DNA of 64,000 nucleotides, taken from Rubripirellula sp. Its GTDB lineage: Bacteria; Planctomycetota; Planctomycetia; Pirellulales; Pirellulaceae. A program made the translations under genes and the position numbers. Numbering within the stretch: the stretch's first letter is position 1; every line of letters starts with the position of its first letter. The notes beneath the pieces are model-generated. The model was given only the letters and a program-made list of their open reading frames with translations, was not told the DNA's origin and made no database searches. The DNA is taken from NCBI GenBank assembly GCA_049889895.1, contig JBMHCO010000058.1, positions 116 to 64,115 on the forward strand, in the 5' to 3' direction. Below, piece after piece: positions 29,695-40,318 of the stretch.

Positions 29695-31065
29695 ATGATC
29701 GAAATTGTAACGCAACAAGAGCCCAATAAAAGCGTTCGCCGAACAGAGCACCTCGCATTCATTCTCGTGAGCCTATCATTCTGCGCCGCACCAACGAGTC
29801 TCGCCAATGCAGAAACTACCGATCAAGCAACCGAAGCTCAGATCGACGGGGACATAAACATCACAAAAGCGGCGAGTCAGGCAGATGTCGCTGAGAAGGG
29901 TGAAACCAATCCAGCAACTGACTCAAAGATTCAACAAAATCAGCAATTTGACGGCCGTGAAGGTCGGGAACTTTTACTGAGAAACTTCCGCCCGAATAGC
30001 CAACTAAAAGGATCAGAAAACCTCAAACGAGCAGCAAAATTCTCGGTAGTCGATGTCCACACACATTTCCGCTTCAAACTTCGTCAAAGCGAACAAGCTC
30101 TCGATGATTTTGTTCGAGTCATGGATCGCAACCACATTGCAATTTGCTGCTCGCTCGATGGTCGCCTCGGAAGTGAACTAGATGAACACATGAACTTCTT
30201 GTGGAAGCATCATCAAGATCGCTTCGTGATCTACGCGAACGTGGATTGGCAAGGCGATGGCATAACCGATCAACCCGCGACGTGGGCCTGTCATCAGCCG
30301 GGCTTCGCTCAAAGGACTGCCGAGCAGATTGAGCAGGCCGTTAAAAAAGGTGCTAGCGGCCTCAAAGTTTTCAAACAGTTCGGACTGGGATATCGAAATC
30401 CAGACGGCAGTCTGATCAAAATCGATGACGAACGTTTTGATCCGATCTGGGCCGCCTGTGGAAGACTTGGCATTCCGGTGATCATCCACACCGCAGATCC
30501 TGCTGCATTCTTTGATCCGATTGATGAAACGAATGAGCGATGGGAAGAGTTAAGCCGGCATCCAGACTGGAGTTTTCACGGCCCACAATTTCCCTCGAGA
30601 AAAGAACTGCATGAAGCCAGAAACCGCATCATCAAACGACATCCGACCACTCAATTCATCGGCGCACATGTTGCGAATCAAGCGGAGGATCTATCCGAAG
30701 TGAGTCAGTGGCTCGACCAGTACCCCAACCTCTGGATAGAAACGGCTTCCCGGATCGCGGAACTCGGCAGGCAACCATACACTTCGCGAGATTTTTTAAT
30801 CAAGTATTCTGATCGCGTTCTGTTCGGCACCGATGGTCCTTGGCCGGAATTGAGATTGCAAATCAACTGGAGATTTTTCGAAACACGCGATGAATCATTT
30901 GATTACAGCGAGAAACAACCACCGCCCCAAGGACTCTGGAAAATCCATGCAGTGCATCTTCCCGATCACGTCCTGAAAAAGCTCTATTATGAAAACGCTG
31001 CGAAATTGATCCCCGGTGTTGCGGAACGTCTCGAGCGTCTGGAAGACAAAGTCACGGCCCCGTGA
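29695..31065 (+). CDS. Amidohydrolase (Amidohydro_2) family protein, secreted
   Basis: VVDVHTH; GLKVFK; IIHTAD; GAH; LFGTD; N-terminal signal peptide and low-complexity linker. Confidence 0.9.
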   Translation: MIEIVTQQEPNKSVRRTEHLAFILVSLSFCAAPTSLANAETTDQATEAQIDGDINITKAASQADVAEKGETNPATDSKIQQNQQFDGREGRELLLRNFRPNSQLKGSENLKRAAKFSVVDVHTHFRFKLRQSEQALDDFVRVMDRNHIAICCSLDGRLGSELDEHMNFLWKHHQDRFVIYANVDWQGDGITDQPATWACHQPGFAQRTAEQIEQAVKKGASGLKVFKQFGLGYRNPDGSLIKIDDERFDPIWAACGRLGIPVIIHTADPAAFFDPIDETNERWEELSRHPDWSFHGPQFPSRKELHEARNRIIKRHPTTQFIGAHVANQAEDLSEVSQWLDQYPNLWIETASRIAELGRQPYTSRDFLIKYSDRVLFGTDGPWPELRLQINWRFFETRDESFDYSEKQPPPQGLWKIHAVHLPDHVLKKLYYENAAKLIPGVAERLERLEDKVTAP

Positions 31066-31193
31066 CGCAGCGGTGGATTTCTTTACACTGAACGCACGAA
31101 AACTAGGGTCATCCACCGCGGCCGGAAATCCTCCCCGACATTGGGGCTTTCAAAGGGTCTCGTGCGAGTGACACAGTTCACACGATCATTCGA

Positions 31194-32258
31194 TTGACGG
31201 ACACTGCTTTGAGCCATCCCACCTTTGCCATGATCACTTGTGCTGTTGGAGCGGAAACTGCAGTGAAAGCTTCCGTCTTCGAGGAGGGCTGGCGTCTTGC
31301 ATTTTCACGGCCTGGATTCGTTACGCTGAAACACGAAGACGAAAAGCCGCCGCCCACCGGCACTTTCATTCGAACATCCTCGCTATCGATCGGTTCCTCA
31401 CGCGATCCATCGTTGAGTCACATTGCGGAAAACTTACTCTCCCAGCTTGACAAAAATTTCGACGCAAACCGCCCCTTCAACCAATTGCATGTGTGGTCCA
31501 AAGACCGTGCACCCATTGGACGATTCGGGTTCGAACCTGGCCCTGACGAAGTCTCCGAGGCAGTTAGCCAAGAAATTTTTCCGTTGTTCGCCAAGAAATG
31601 GCTGACCTGTGATCACCCTAACCGAATCGCGGAGAGCGGTGACCGAGTTCTTGATCTTGTTCTCGTGGAACCGTCGCACTGCTTTTTAGGCTGGCATGAA
31701 GCGAGTGATTGGCACACCCGTTGGCCTGGTGGTGTGCAACCGTTGACGCCAAACGAAGAACCAATCTCGCGAGCCTACTACAAGGCAGCTGAATCGATCA
31801 CATGGAGCGGGTTTACGCTTCGACCAGGTGAAACTGCGATTGAAATTGGAAGCGCACCGGGCGGTGCCTGCGGACGACTGCTGGAACTCGGCTTAAAAGT
31901 CATCGGGATTGATCCGGCGGAAATGGATCCTCGGATCGCAGAAAACAAGAACTTCACCCACCTTCGTGCACGGGCGGGCGACCTTCCTCGAAAGGTCTTT
32001 CGAGGGGCGAAGTGGCTATTGGTTGACTCAAATGTGGCGCCGGAAAAAACACTCACAACCATCAAGAACGTTGTTCTTCATCGAGACTGCACACTCGAAG
32101 GACTGTTAGTGACCCTGAAGATTGGTAACTACCAAGCGTCACAAAAAATTGCAGACTGGAAAAGTGAGATTGAAACGTGGAATCCGCAGCGGGTCCGCGT
32201 GCGTCAACTCGCTCGCAACAAGGTAGAGGTTTGCTTCGCAATCGCCTTTTCTCGGTGA
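31194..32258 (+). CDS. RlmM-like (FtsJ-fold) RNA ribose methyltransferase
   Basis: PISRAYYKAAE; AIEIGSAPGG; VIGIDPAEM; LLVDSN; TLK. Confidence 0.8.
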   Translation: MTDTALSHPTFAMITCAVGAETAVKASVFEEGWRLAFSRPGFVTLKHEDEKPPPTGTFIRTSSLSIGSSRDPSLSHIAENLLSQLDKNFDANRPFNQLHVWSKDRAPIGRFGFEPGPDEVSEAVSQEIFPLFAKKWLTCDHPNRIAESGDRVLDLVLVEPSHCFLGWHEASDWHTRWPGGVQPLTPNEEPISRAYYKAAESITWSGFTLRPGETAIEIGSAPGGACGRLLELGLKVIGIDPAEMDPRIAENKNFTHLRARAGDLPRKVFRGAKWLLVDSNVAPEKTLTTIKNVVLHRDCTLEGLLVTLKIGNYQASQKIADWKSEIETWNPQRVRVRQLARNKVEVCFAIAFSR

Positions 32259-32464
32259 GTCAAAGTCCTCCGGACGCGTGCTCTCGATGCTGAAGCAAAC
32301 GATGCTGAAGCCAGAGATCACGCGGGCACCACTCAACCCATTGCCCCTGCGCCTCCCACTTTACCAGCCTTCCAGATTCCTCTTGCGTTGCGCAACCGGC
32401 TCGATCTACTCTGCGTCGGCAGAAATGCAAGAACCGAGAAATTCCTTTAGTGTTTGGATATGCC

Positions 32465-35400
32465 ATGGAAGGCTTACGTCGAACGTTCAGTCAGTTTTCA
32501 GCACGTCTCTACGCATCGATTCTGATCGTTGGGACGATAGGCGGCTCCCATTCCCTTGCAGAAGAAGCGCAATGGATTTGGAATCATGGGAGCGATATCC
32601 ATACCGAGATCACCACCGGTGAGACATGCTATTTCCGAAAGCCGATCAACCTAAAAATTCGCTCGATCGGACGCGTTGAAATCGCTGCAGATGACCAGTT
32701 CGAGCTTTTCGTCAATGGAAAGCCGATTGGAAAAGGCCAATCATCCCGAGAACTTCAGCAGTTCGATATTACGGAACAGTTAGAGGTTGGACGCAATGTG
32801 ATTGCAGTCAAGGTGGTCAACACTCATGGAACGACTGCCGCTTTGGCTGCACGGGTTTCAATCAAGCCAGAAAAACAACCCAAGTGGTTCACTTTCAGCA
32901 CCAGTCCTTCATGGCGTGTAAGCACCGAAGCTAGCCCAATGTGGCAGTCGGTCGTCTTTAACGATCGCTTATGGGGAACAGCGTCTTCCTTCGGCGAACT
33001 CGGCGACACGGTTCCTTGGGATCGTGCGGTGGACGTCGTGGCCGAAGTACAAACTGAACAACAAGAACGGTTCCAAATTCAAAAGGGGTTTGGTGTTCAG
33101 CGAGTGCTGAGCGATGAAAAGATCGGCTCAATCATCGCAATGACTTTTAACGAATTCGGGCATCTGATCGTCTCAAGAGAAAACGGCCCGCTGCTACTCA
33201 TTTCCGACAAGGATCAGGATGGTATCCCTGAACATGTCACCGAGTATTGCGATCAGGTGATCAACTGCCATGGAATCTTAGCACTTAACGGAGAAGTATT
33301 TGTCACTGGCGAAGGTCCGGAGGGGACTGCTCTTTATCGACTCAGTGACGCAGACCGTAACGGCCACCTTGAGGGCATCAAAGCGATTGTGAAGTTCGAT
33401 CATCAAAGTGGTGAACATGGGCCTCATGGTCTTCGCTTGGGTCCAGATGGGATGATCTACATTGCTGTCGGCAATCATGCAAAAGCCCTCGGGAAAACCG
33501 GGGACGGCGAAACCCTTCGAAGCAGCTATGAGGGAGACTTACTTCCTCGCTACCAGGACCCCAACGGCATGGGTATGGGGGTCAAGGCACCGGGCGGAAC
33601 AGTGATTCGTACGGACATCAACGGCAGCATGATCGAGACTGTTGCGGGCGGGCTTCGAAACGCCTATGACCTTGTGTTCAATCCAGCAGGCTCACTCTTT
33701 GTCCATGACTCGGACATGGAATCCGACCTTCAAACCTCTTGGTATCGGCCAACAGCATTGTTTGACGTCTCTGAAGGCGGAGAACTCGGATGGAGAGCTG
33801 GCTGGGCGAAATGGCCTGAGTACTACATGGACCGATTACCCAATCTTCTCGACACTGGCAGAGGCAGTCCGACAGGAGCCACCTGCTATGAGCATCACAT
33901 GTTCCCGGCCCGATACCACCAATCTCTTTTCTTGGCAGATTGGTCTGAGGGTAGAATTTTGAATGTACGTCTCAAACCACGCCAATCAGGTTACGTCGCT
34001 GAAAGCGAAGTCTTCCTCAAAGGCCAACCGTTGAATGTTTCAGATTTGGAAGTGGGTCCTGACGGGGCGATGTATTTTTGCACCGGAGGTCGTGGGACCT
34101 CTGGAAGTATTTACCGAGTCATTTACAAAGGCGAAGTCCCCGACCGGATGCGGCAGCTGGGGACCGGAATTTCCGCCGCCATTCGCCAACCACAAATCGA
34201 ATCCGCTTGGGCGCGTCAATCAGTAGCAGCAGTACGCCAAGAACTGGGCGACCAATGGGGTCAACTCGTCGCCGGTGTTGCACTTAGTAACGATAACCCA
34301 CCTCACTATCGAACCCGAGCAATTGATCTGATGCAACTGTTTGGGCCCGTGCCGAACGAAAAACTGTTGCTGGAGCTAAGTTCTGCACCGAATGAACAAG
34401 TTCGTGCCAAGGCAGCTTGGATGATGGGGCTGCACCCAGGTGAGCAAAGCCACCAGCGGTTACTCGAACTACTTGGGGACGACAACCCAAAAGTCCAGCG
34501 TTCAGCTTGTGAGGCAATGTTACGCAGCGGCCAGATCCCCGCCGACGCCCAGCAAATCGTCCCCCTCCTCGAATCCAATGATCGAAACCTCGCCTTCGTC
34601 GCGGTACGGCTGCTTGAAAGAATCCCAAGTAGCCAATGGCAAAATCGCATCCTCGAATCGGACAATCCAAGGGTTGCGATCCTTGGGATGATGGCACTTG
34701 TGAATGCTTCACCTAGTCGCGAAACGAGCCTTCGCGTGCTTGAAAAGGCGAGTGAGTGGATGTCGGGCTTCATGTCGGACAACGATTTTCTTGACTCACT
34801 TCGCCTCTGCCAGATCGCATTACATCGAGGAAAAGTTGAGCCGGAAGCGGTTACGGGACTGAGAGATCAAATCGCTGAAGAGTTCCCAGCGGGTGACCAT
34901 CGAATGAATCATGAACTGATTCGACTTGCGGCCTACCTGGAGGCAGATGCGGTATCCGATCGAGCGCTCACTTACCTTTACAGTGACCATGATGAGATGG
35001 ATCGGACGCTTGTCGCGATGTACCTGCAATTCCTTTCACATCGCTGGAGTGCAGAACAGCGTTTCCGCCTTCTGAAGTACTACGAAAATGCAAGTACGGC
35101 GACCACTTCCGCATCTCTGGCAATGTATTTGCAGAATGTTACGAAGGACTTTGCCAAATCACTCAGTGACGATGACATCCTTGCCATCCTTGAACAGGGC
35201 GCCTCTTGGCGGAATGCAGCCTTGGCTTCTCTGGATCACATCCCACAACCGGTTGATGAAACGATGGCGGCGACCCTGAGGAATCTTGATCAGAACCTCG
35301 TCGATGCTCCCGACCACAGTGAAATTGAACGTCGACTACGAATCGGAATCGTTGCTCTATTGGCGACTTCCGGCGAACAAGAGTCGTTCGAGTACCTCCG

Positions 35401-36268
35401 AAGTCTCTGGAGAACCGAACCAGAACGCCGACCAATTATCGCACTTGGTCTCGCCCAGCAACCTGATGGGGACAACTGGGATTACTTGGTGCGAAGCTTG
35501 AATGTGCTTTCCGATGAAGCGGCAAATGAAGTCGCCAGAGCGTTGAATTCAGTCGCCATTGCAACGGATGATCCGATGGCTCTGCGTCAGCTTATTCTCT
35601 TGGGTGTGAAGGCTGAACAAAAACAAAGCTCATTCAAAGATTTTGAAGCACTGCTCGAGCATTGGACGGGAATGCAACGACCTCAAGACGCGGATCAATC
35701 GATGCGTCCGTGGCAGAAATGGTACGCCAAGACGTATCCGGATCGCCCATTGGCGGAACTTCCCAATGGAGATGATTCGCGGTGGGACTTTGACCAACTT
35801 GTCAGCTACATCAACAGCAAAGACGGAAATCAGGGGAATCCAGAAGTGGGACGAAACATTTTTGCGAAAGCGAAGTGTGTTCAGTGTCACCGAGTTGGAG
35901 AAGATGGCCAATCAATCGGTCCAGAGCTGACCGGCATTGCAAGCCGCTTTACCAAACGAGAAATCCTCGAGTCGATCCTCTATCCGTCTCACATTATCAG
36001 CGACCAATACGCAAGCAAGAAAGTCCTGACACTCGATGGGGAATCGTACACTGGGATGCTCAGTGAACTAGGCAATCAGACCCTCCAAGTCAGAGACTCC
36101 AATAATCAAATCCTCGTTATCAAAGAAGAAAACGTGGATCAGATTTTGCCGAGCAGCAGCAGCATCATGCCTGCTGGCCTGCTGGATGATTCGAGCCTTC
36201 AGGAAATCAGCGATCTGATGTCGTTCTTAGGAGCTGTCCCGAGCGTTGAGATCGCGACGAAGCCGTAA
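32465..36268 (+). CDS. PVC-type heme-binding protein (sugar-binding-like N-domain, dehydrogenase-type beta-propeller, HEAT repeats, C-terminal cytochrome c)
   Basis: YFRKPINL...AADDQFELFVNG; EHGPHGLRLGPDGMIY; GLRNAYD; GRGSPTG; GRNIFAKAKCVQCHRVG...GPELTG; ESILYPSHII. Confidence 0.9.
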   Translation: MEGLRRTFSQFSARLYASILIVGTIGGSHSLAEEAQWIWNHGSDIHTEITTGETCYFRKPINLKIRSIGRVEIAADDQFELFVNGKPIGKGQSSRELQQFDITEQLEVGRNVIAVKVVNTHGTTAALAARVSIKPEKQPKWFTFSTSPSWRVSTEASPMWQSVVFNDRLWGTASSFGELGDTVPWDRAVDVVAEVQTEQQERFQIQKGFGVQRVLSDEKIGSIIAMTFNEFGHLIVSRENGPLLLISDKDQDGIPEHVTEYCDQVINCHGILALNGEVFVTGEGPEGTALYRLSDADRNGHLEGIKAIVKFDHQSGEHGPHGLRLGPDGMIYIAVGNHAKALGKTGDGETLRSSYEGDLLPRYQDPNGMGMGVKAPGGTVIRTDINGSMIETVAGGLRNAYDLVFNPAGSLFVHDSDMESDLQTSWYRPTALFDVSEGGELGWRAGWAKWPEYYMDRLPNLLDTGRGSPTGATCYEHHMFPARYHQSLFLADWSEGRILNVRLKPRQSGYVAESEVFLKGQPLNVSDLEVGPDGAMYFCTGGRGTSGSIYRVIYKGEVPDRMRQLGTGISAAIRQPQIESAWARQSVAAVRQELGDQWGQLVAGVALSNDNPPHYRTRAIDLMQLFGPVPNEKLLLELSSAPNEQVRAKAAWMMGLHPGEQSHQRLLELLGDDNPKVQRSACEAMLRSGQIPADAQQIVPLLESNDRNLAFVAVRLLERIPSSQWQNRILESDNPRVAILGMMALVNASPSRETSLRVLEKASEWMSGFMSDNDFLDSLRLCQIALHRGKVEPEAVTGLRDQIAEEFPAGDHRMNHELIRLAAYLEADAVSDRALTYLYSDHDEMDRTLVAMYLQFLSHRWSAEQRFRLLKYYENASTATTSASLAMYLQNVTKDFAKSLSDDDILAILEQGASWRNAALASLDHIPQPVDETMAATLRNLDQNLVDAPDHSEIERRLRIGIVALLATSGEQESFEYLRSLWRTEPERRPIIALGLAQQPDGDNWDYLVRSLNVLSDEAANEVARALNSVAIATDDPMALRQLILLGVKAEQKQSSFKDFEALLEHWTGMQRPQDADQSMRPWQKWYAKTYPDRPLAELPNGDDSRWDFDQLVSYINSKDGNQGNPEVGRNIFAKAKCVQCHRVGEDGQSIGPELTGIASRFTKREILESILYPSHIISDQYASKKVLTLDGESYTGMLSELGNQTLQVRDSNNQILVIKEENVDQILPSSSSIMPAGLLDDSSLQEISDLMSFLGAVPSVEIATKP

Positions 36269-36505
36269 CAAAACCGTCACTAATCACCACCGCCGATCAT
36301 TAGATTCTGCGTTGATGGTTAGATTCTGGGATGTGTTCGCGAAAAATAGAACGATTATCCCGTCAAGAGCAGCTCGGTACGGCTCAGATCACTTCCCAAA
36401 AGCACCCATGGCGGGCAGAATATTGGTTCGCCGAGAAGGGCACGGCAATTCCTCCTGCCCTTCCGACTTTTGCTGCTCGATTACGCTTTTTTGTTGGGAT
36501 CAATT

Positions 36506-38920
36506 GTGGAACGCCGTCTGCTAACGTTTCTCGTCGCTTCGACCGCGTTCTTCGTTTTCTACACTTGGGTGCGGATGACTTTCATCCCACCTGAGCCGAA
36601 ACCAGCTGACACGGCCGCAGAGGTTTTGGTTGAAGACGGGTCAAGCTCAGTCGATGTTACACAAACCGAAGCGGACGAATCGGCAGCTGAAATGGCAGCC
36701 GAAAACACCGCCAAGGATGACGAGCCCACCGAAGAAACGATCACGGTAGAGAGGCCAGCCGATCCCACTTGGATCACTCTTGGCTCGATGGCTCCTGAAG
36801 ATGGGTACTTCCTGTTGGTCACCCTCAACACCCGAGGCGCGGGGATTGAGCGAATTGAAATGACCGAGCGAAACGAATCGGGTGCACTCCGATATCGGCG
36901 CGTCGATGTTCGATCCGGTTACCTCGGGTACCTCGCAGCTGAATCATCTAGCAAGGCTGACGGGGTCGTCGTGAATGTCGTGGGGCCCGGAACGCCAGCG
37001 GAGGCCGCAGGCATTCAACCTGGCGATGTGATCATGTCCTTGGCAGGCCAAGCCGTCGCCAATCGCGAGCAACTCAATCAAGCTCTCTCCGAAACCAAGC
37101 CGGGTGATGAAATTCAACTCACGCTGCTTCGCGGCGAAACGCAAAGCGAAGTCACGCTGTCCGCCAAGCTATCCGAACATCCACTGGATCTGGTTAGACT
37201 TGCCAAGGATGGTGGTGCGGATCAGGTGCCCGGAAATCTCTCGAGAGCTTCGTGCTTGCTCACACTCAGTCAGGTCAATCGCAAAAGTATCGAACCGAGC
37301 GGCCGCAATATCGCTGGCTTGGTTGATCCCATGAATCTCATCTGGAATGTGGATTCAAGCAATTCAGTGGCTTCAGACACGTCAACATCTGCAGCCGCAC
37401 TGTCTCTGGAGTTGTCCGCCGAAGAAATGTCAGTCGTCAACGGAGACGCTGTTCGACTGAAAAGAAATTACTATCTCGCTCCGGGATCATACGATCTGGA
37501 CATGGCGATTCAGATTGACAACCTTTCGGATGAGAGTCAGGACTTGGCATACCGCCTTGAAGGTGCCAACGGCATCACTCTCGAGGGTTGGTGGTACAGC
37601 AACAAGATCAGTCCACACTGGGGTGGTGGAGCCGCAGCTCGAGATATTGTTTGTCAGTCACAAGCGGGAAGCCACCGACTGCTTAGCGGCTTCAACCTTT
37701 TGAACCGCGCAAAGAAAGAAACCGCGGATCCAAACGAGACCATCTTTGCCGGTGACAGCGGCGAATCGGAACGCAATCTCCGATACATCGGAGTCGACGC
37801 TCAATACTTCACCGTTGCTTACATCCCGCCCGAAGGCAAAGATTTCTTCACGACGCTTCGTCGAGCCTCCGCGGGGATCGCAGCTGAAGCAACAGAAATC
37901 CCGCGTCATCAAGAACGCGCGGTGAACACCACCTTTTTCCTCGACAGTCGCGTTGCGGAAGTCCCTGCAGGAAGTTCACTCCGACAAGAACTGCGTCTTT
38001 TTGCTGGCCCGAAGCAGCCAGCTATCCTGGAACAGTATGGACTCGAAGACTGTATCTACTACGGCTGGTTTGCCACCTTTGCAAAAATCCTTTCCGGCCT
38101 GCTTCATGTTCTTGATAACGTTGGTAACTATGCCGTAGCCATCATCCTTCTGACCGTCATTGTTCGTGGCTGCATGTTCCCACTTAGCCGTAAAGCTGCA
38201 GTGAACGCGCAGAAGATGCAAGAACTCGCTCCAGAAATGAAGAAAATCAACGAGCGATACAAAGATGACATGGAGGGTAAGCTTCGAGCGCAACGAGAAC
38301 TGCAACAGCGAGTTGGCTTCAATCCGCTTGCCGGTTGCCTCCCCATGTTTATTCAGTTACCGATCTTCATCGGTCTGTACCGAGCGCTCTCAGTCGACAT
38401 CGAACTGCGTCAGGCGGCAGTTTCCTCTTCGACAGACTGGGCCTCAAACCTTGCTGCACCTGACATGTTCCTCTTCTGGGGTGACTGGCTCTGGGACTAC
38501 TTCTCCGGTCGCGGCACGGGCTGGCTGGGACCCTATTTCAATCTGCTTCCCGTTGTAGTTGTCGTTCTATTTTTGACGCAGCAAAAAATGTTCATGCCTC
38601 CCGCAACGGACGAACAAACTGCAATGACGCAAAAGATGATGAACATCATGACACTCATGATGGGACTTTTCTTTTTCCGCGTTCCGGCCGGTCTATGCAT
38701 CTACTTCATCACAAGTAGCCTGTGGGGTATCTGCGAGCGAATCCTCGTAAAGAAGACGCTCCCTGACACAAAACATTTTGACTCGACTGTACTTGAAGGA
38801 GTTGGCGGGAAGGCAGAAAAATCTCAGAGCTTGGTTGACCGACTGAAAAGTCAGGTTGCAAAGCCGGACATGCCTATCGAACGGCCAAACCAACGTAAAC
38901 GACCCCCAAAGAAAAAGTAG
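36506..38920 (+). CDS. yidC: Membrane protein insertase YidC with a PDZ insertion
   Basis: GTG start MERRLLTFL; GVDAQYF; FAGPK; YYGWF; [16 protein letters not shown]; [16 protein letters not shown]; [17 protein letters not shown] segment [19 protein letters not shown]. Confidence 0.96.
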   Translation: MERRLLTFLVASTAFFVFYTWVRMTFIPPEPKPADTAAEVLVEDGSSSVDVTQTEADESAAEMAAENTAKDDEPTEETITVERPADPTWITLGSMAPEDGYFLLVTLNTRGAGIERIEMTERNESGALRYRRVDVRSGYLGYLAAESSSKADGVVVNVVGPGTPAEAAGIQPGDVIMSLAGQAVANREQLNQALSETKPGDEIQLTLLRGETQSEVTLSAKLSEHPLDLVRLAKDGGADQVPGNLSRASCLLTLSQVNRKSIEPSGRNIAGLVDPMNLIWNVDSSNSVASDTSTSAAALSLELSAEEMSVVNGDAVRLKRNYYLAPGSYDLDMAIQIDNLSDESQDLAYRLEGANGITLEGWWYSNKISPHWGGGAAARDIVCQSQAGSHRLLSGFNLLNRAKKETADPNETIFAGDSGESERNLRYIGVDAQYFTVAYIPPEGKDFFTTLRRASAGIAAEATEIPRHQERAVNTTFFLDSRVAEVPAGSSLRQELRLFAGPKQPAILEQYGLEDCIYYGWFATFAKILSGLLHVLDNVGNYAVAIILLTVIVRGCMFPLSRKAAVNAQKMQELAPEMKKINERYKDDMEGKLRAQRELQQRVGFNPLAGCLPMFIQLPIFIGLYRALSVDIELRQAAVSSSTDWASNLAAPDMFLFWGDWLWDYFSGRGTGWLGPYFNLLPVVVVVLFLTQQKMFMPPATDEQTAMTQKMMNIMTLMMGLFFFRVPAGLCIYFITSSLWGICERILVKKTLPDTKHFDSTVLEGVGGKAEKSQSLVDRLKSQVAKPDMPIERPNQRKRPPKKK

Positions 38921-38950
38921 CGGTCAAACAACTCGATGCTTCTCGCGACC

Positions 38951-39379
38951 CTAGATGTAGAACATCGATGCTTCACCGCGGTGAAATCGCTCTGCGAGAT
39001 CACTGAGCCGGACAGAACTGAGAACCTCTCGTGAAGCTCGGGACATCTCTTCCCAGACTTCTTGCAGCATCATCTCTGCCGCCGTGGTCTTCCCCGTGCT
39101 GGGATTGCCTGAGTCCTGATAGCCCATCGTCTCCGCGATTTCCAGCAGGCTAACATCTTCAGGACGCACCAATAGGCGATACCCCCCTTGGCTTCCTCGC
39201 ACGCTCTGAACCCAACCTGCAGTACGCAAGGATCGAAAAATCTGAACCAGAAATGGCCCTGGAACCCCGTGCTGATCTGAGATTTCACGTAGAGAAACAG
39301 GAGCCTGCTCCGATGACCGAGAAGCCAGCTCTAACATTGCAAGACAGGCGTAGTGCACTCGAGCTGAAATCATGATCAA
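38951..39379 (-). CDS. Rrf2 family transcriptional regulator, CymR-like (no Fe-S cysteine triad)
   Basis: SARVHYACLAMLELA; FLVQIFRSL; SVRGSQGGYRL; VSLLEI; lacks the IscR C-terminal cysteines. Confidence 0.93.
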   Translation of the reverse strand: MIMISARVHYACLAMLELASRSSEQAPVSLREISDQHGVPGPFLVQIFRSLRTAGWVQSVRGSQGGYRLLVRPEDVSLLEIAETMGYQDSGNPSTGKTTAAEMMLQEVWEEMSRASREVLSSVRLSDLAERFHRGEASMFYI

Positions 39380-39414
39380 GCACCCCAGTAAAAACTCTTT
39401 CAGTAATCTTGCGG

Positions 39415-40251
39415 CTAGTTATGCAACCCACACTCTGTCTTCTTGAACCCGCTCCAACGCCCAGCTCGCTCATCCTCACCCGGCAAGACCGCACGGGTAC
39501 AAGGGCGACAGCCCACACTCGGAAAGCCTTGGTCATGCAGCGGGTTGTAGGGGATATTCATTGAAGTGATCAGCGACCAAACTTCTCGCTTAGTCCAATT
39601 TGCCAATGGACTGACCTTCACTAACTGAAACTTTCGATCCCACCCAACGATCGGAGCCTTGGCTCGGTCCTCACTTTGGTCGCGGCGAATGGCGCTGGCC
39701 CAAGCGTGTTGTCCGCGCGCAGCGTCGTGAAGGAGACTCAACTTTCGATCGAAACAACAGCGATTAGGATCGTTTGCGTAGACCGGCCCACCATTGACTC
39801 GCTCGTATTCCTCAACGGTCAATTCAGGCTTTTTTAATTCGACTTCGATCCCGTACCGCTCCGTGACTTGCTCGCGTAATCTCAAGGTCTCTTCGAACTG
39901 ATACCCCGTATCCAAATTAAAAATTGGAGTCTCCGGAGCGATCTCAGCGAGCATGTGGATGATCGTCATACCCTCGGGGCCAAACGCGGTGGCCATCGTA
40001 AACTTTGGAGCAAAACGCTCTACCGCCCAACGCAAAATATCCTGCGGCGTTGCAGTTTCGAGCCGATCACTCTCTCGCTTGAGCTCACTAAGTAGCTCAT
40101 CGGTTGGCTCCAAGGGTGGCGCAGCGGCCAAGGCACCCCGATTTCTATCGGCGTCGATTGAAACCACTTGCAGCGGTGGTTTTCCCTGAGATTGAGATGG
40201 AATGTCACCATCCGGCTTCAATTTTTTCATTTTTAAACGCGAAGCATTCAT
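39415..40251 (-). CDS. cysH: Phosphoadenylyl-sulfate / APS reductase
   Basis: TAFG; FNLDTGYQF; RCCFDRK; KVSPLANW; PSVGCRPCT; ERAGRW; KTECGLH. CC...CxxC suggests the Fe-S (APS reductase) type. Start is ATG 40251 or 40230. Confidence 0.95.
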   Translation of the reverse strand: MNASRLKMKKLKPDGDIPSQSQGKPPLQVVSIDADRNRGALAAAPPLEPTDELLSELKRESDRLETATPQDILRWAVERFAPKFTMATAFGPEGMTIIHMLAEIAPETPIFNLDTGYQFEETLRLREQVTERYGIEVELKKPELTVEEYERVNGGPVYANDPNRCCFDRKLSLLHDAARGQHAWASAIRRDQSEDRAKAPIVGWDRKFQLVKVSPLANWTKREVWSLITSMNIPYNPLHDQGFPSVGCRPCTRAVLPGEDERAGRWSGFKKTECGLHN

Positions 40252-40286
40252 GCCATTTTCACCCAGAATTCGGGCGAACAACCCAA

Positions 40287-40318
40287 ATACTACAAACATG
40301 ATCCACTTAGTCAAGTAT
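40287..40318 (-). promoter_or_regulatory. Putative sigma70 promoter of cysH-rrf2 with an overlapping Rrf2-type operator half site
   Basis: Minus strand ATACTTGACTAAGTGGATCATGTTTGTAGTAT: -35 TTGACT (40314-40309), 16-bp spacer, -10 TAGTAT (40292-40287). Confidence 0.5.
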
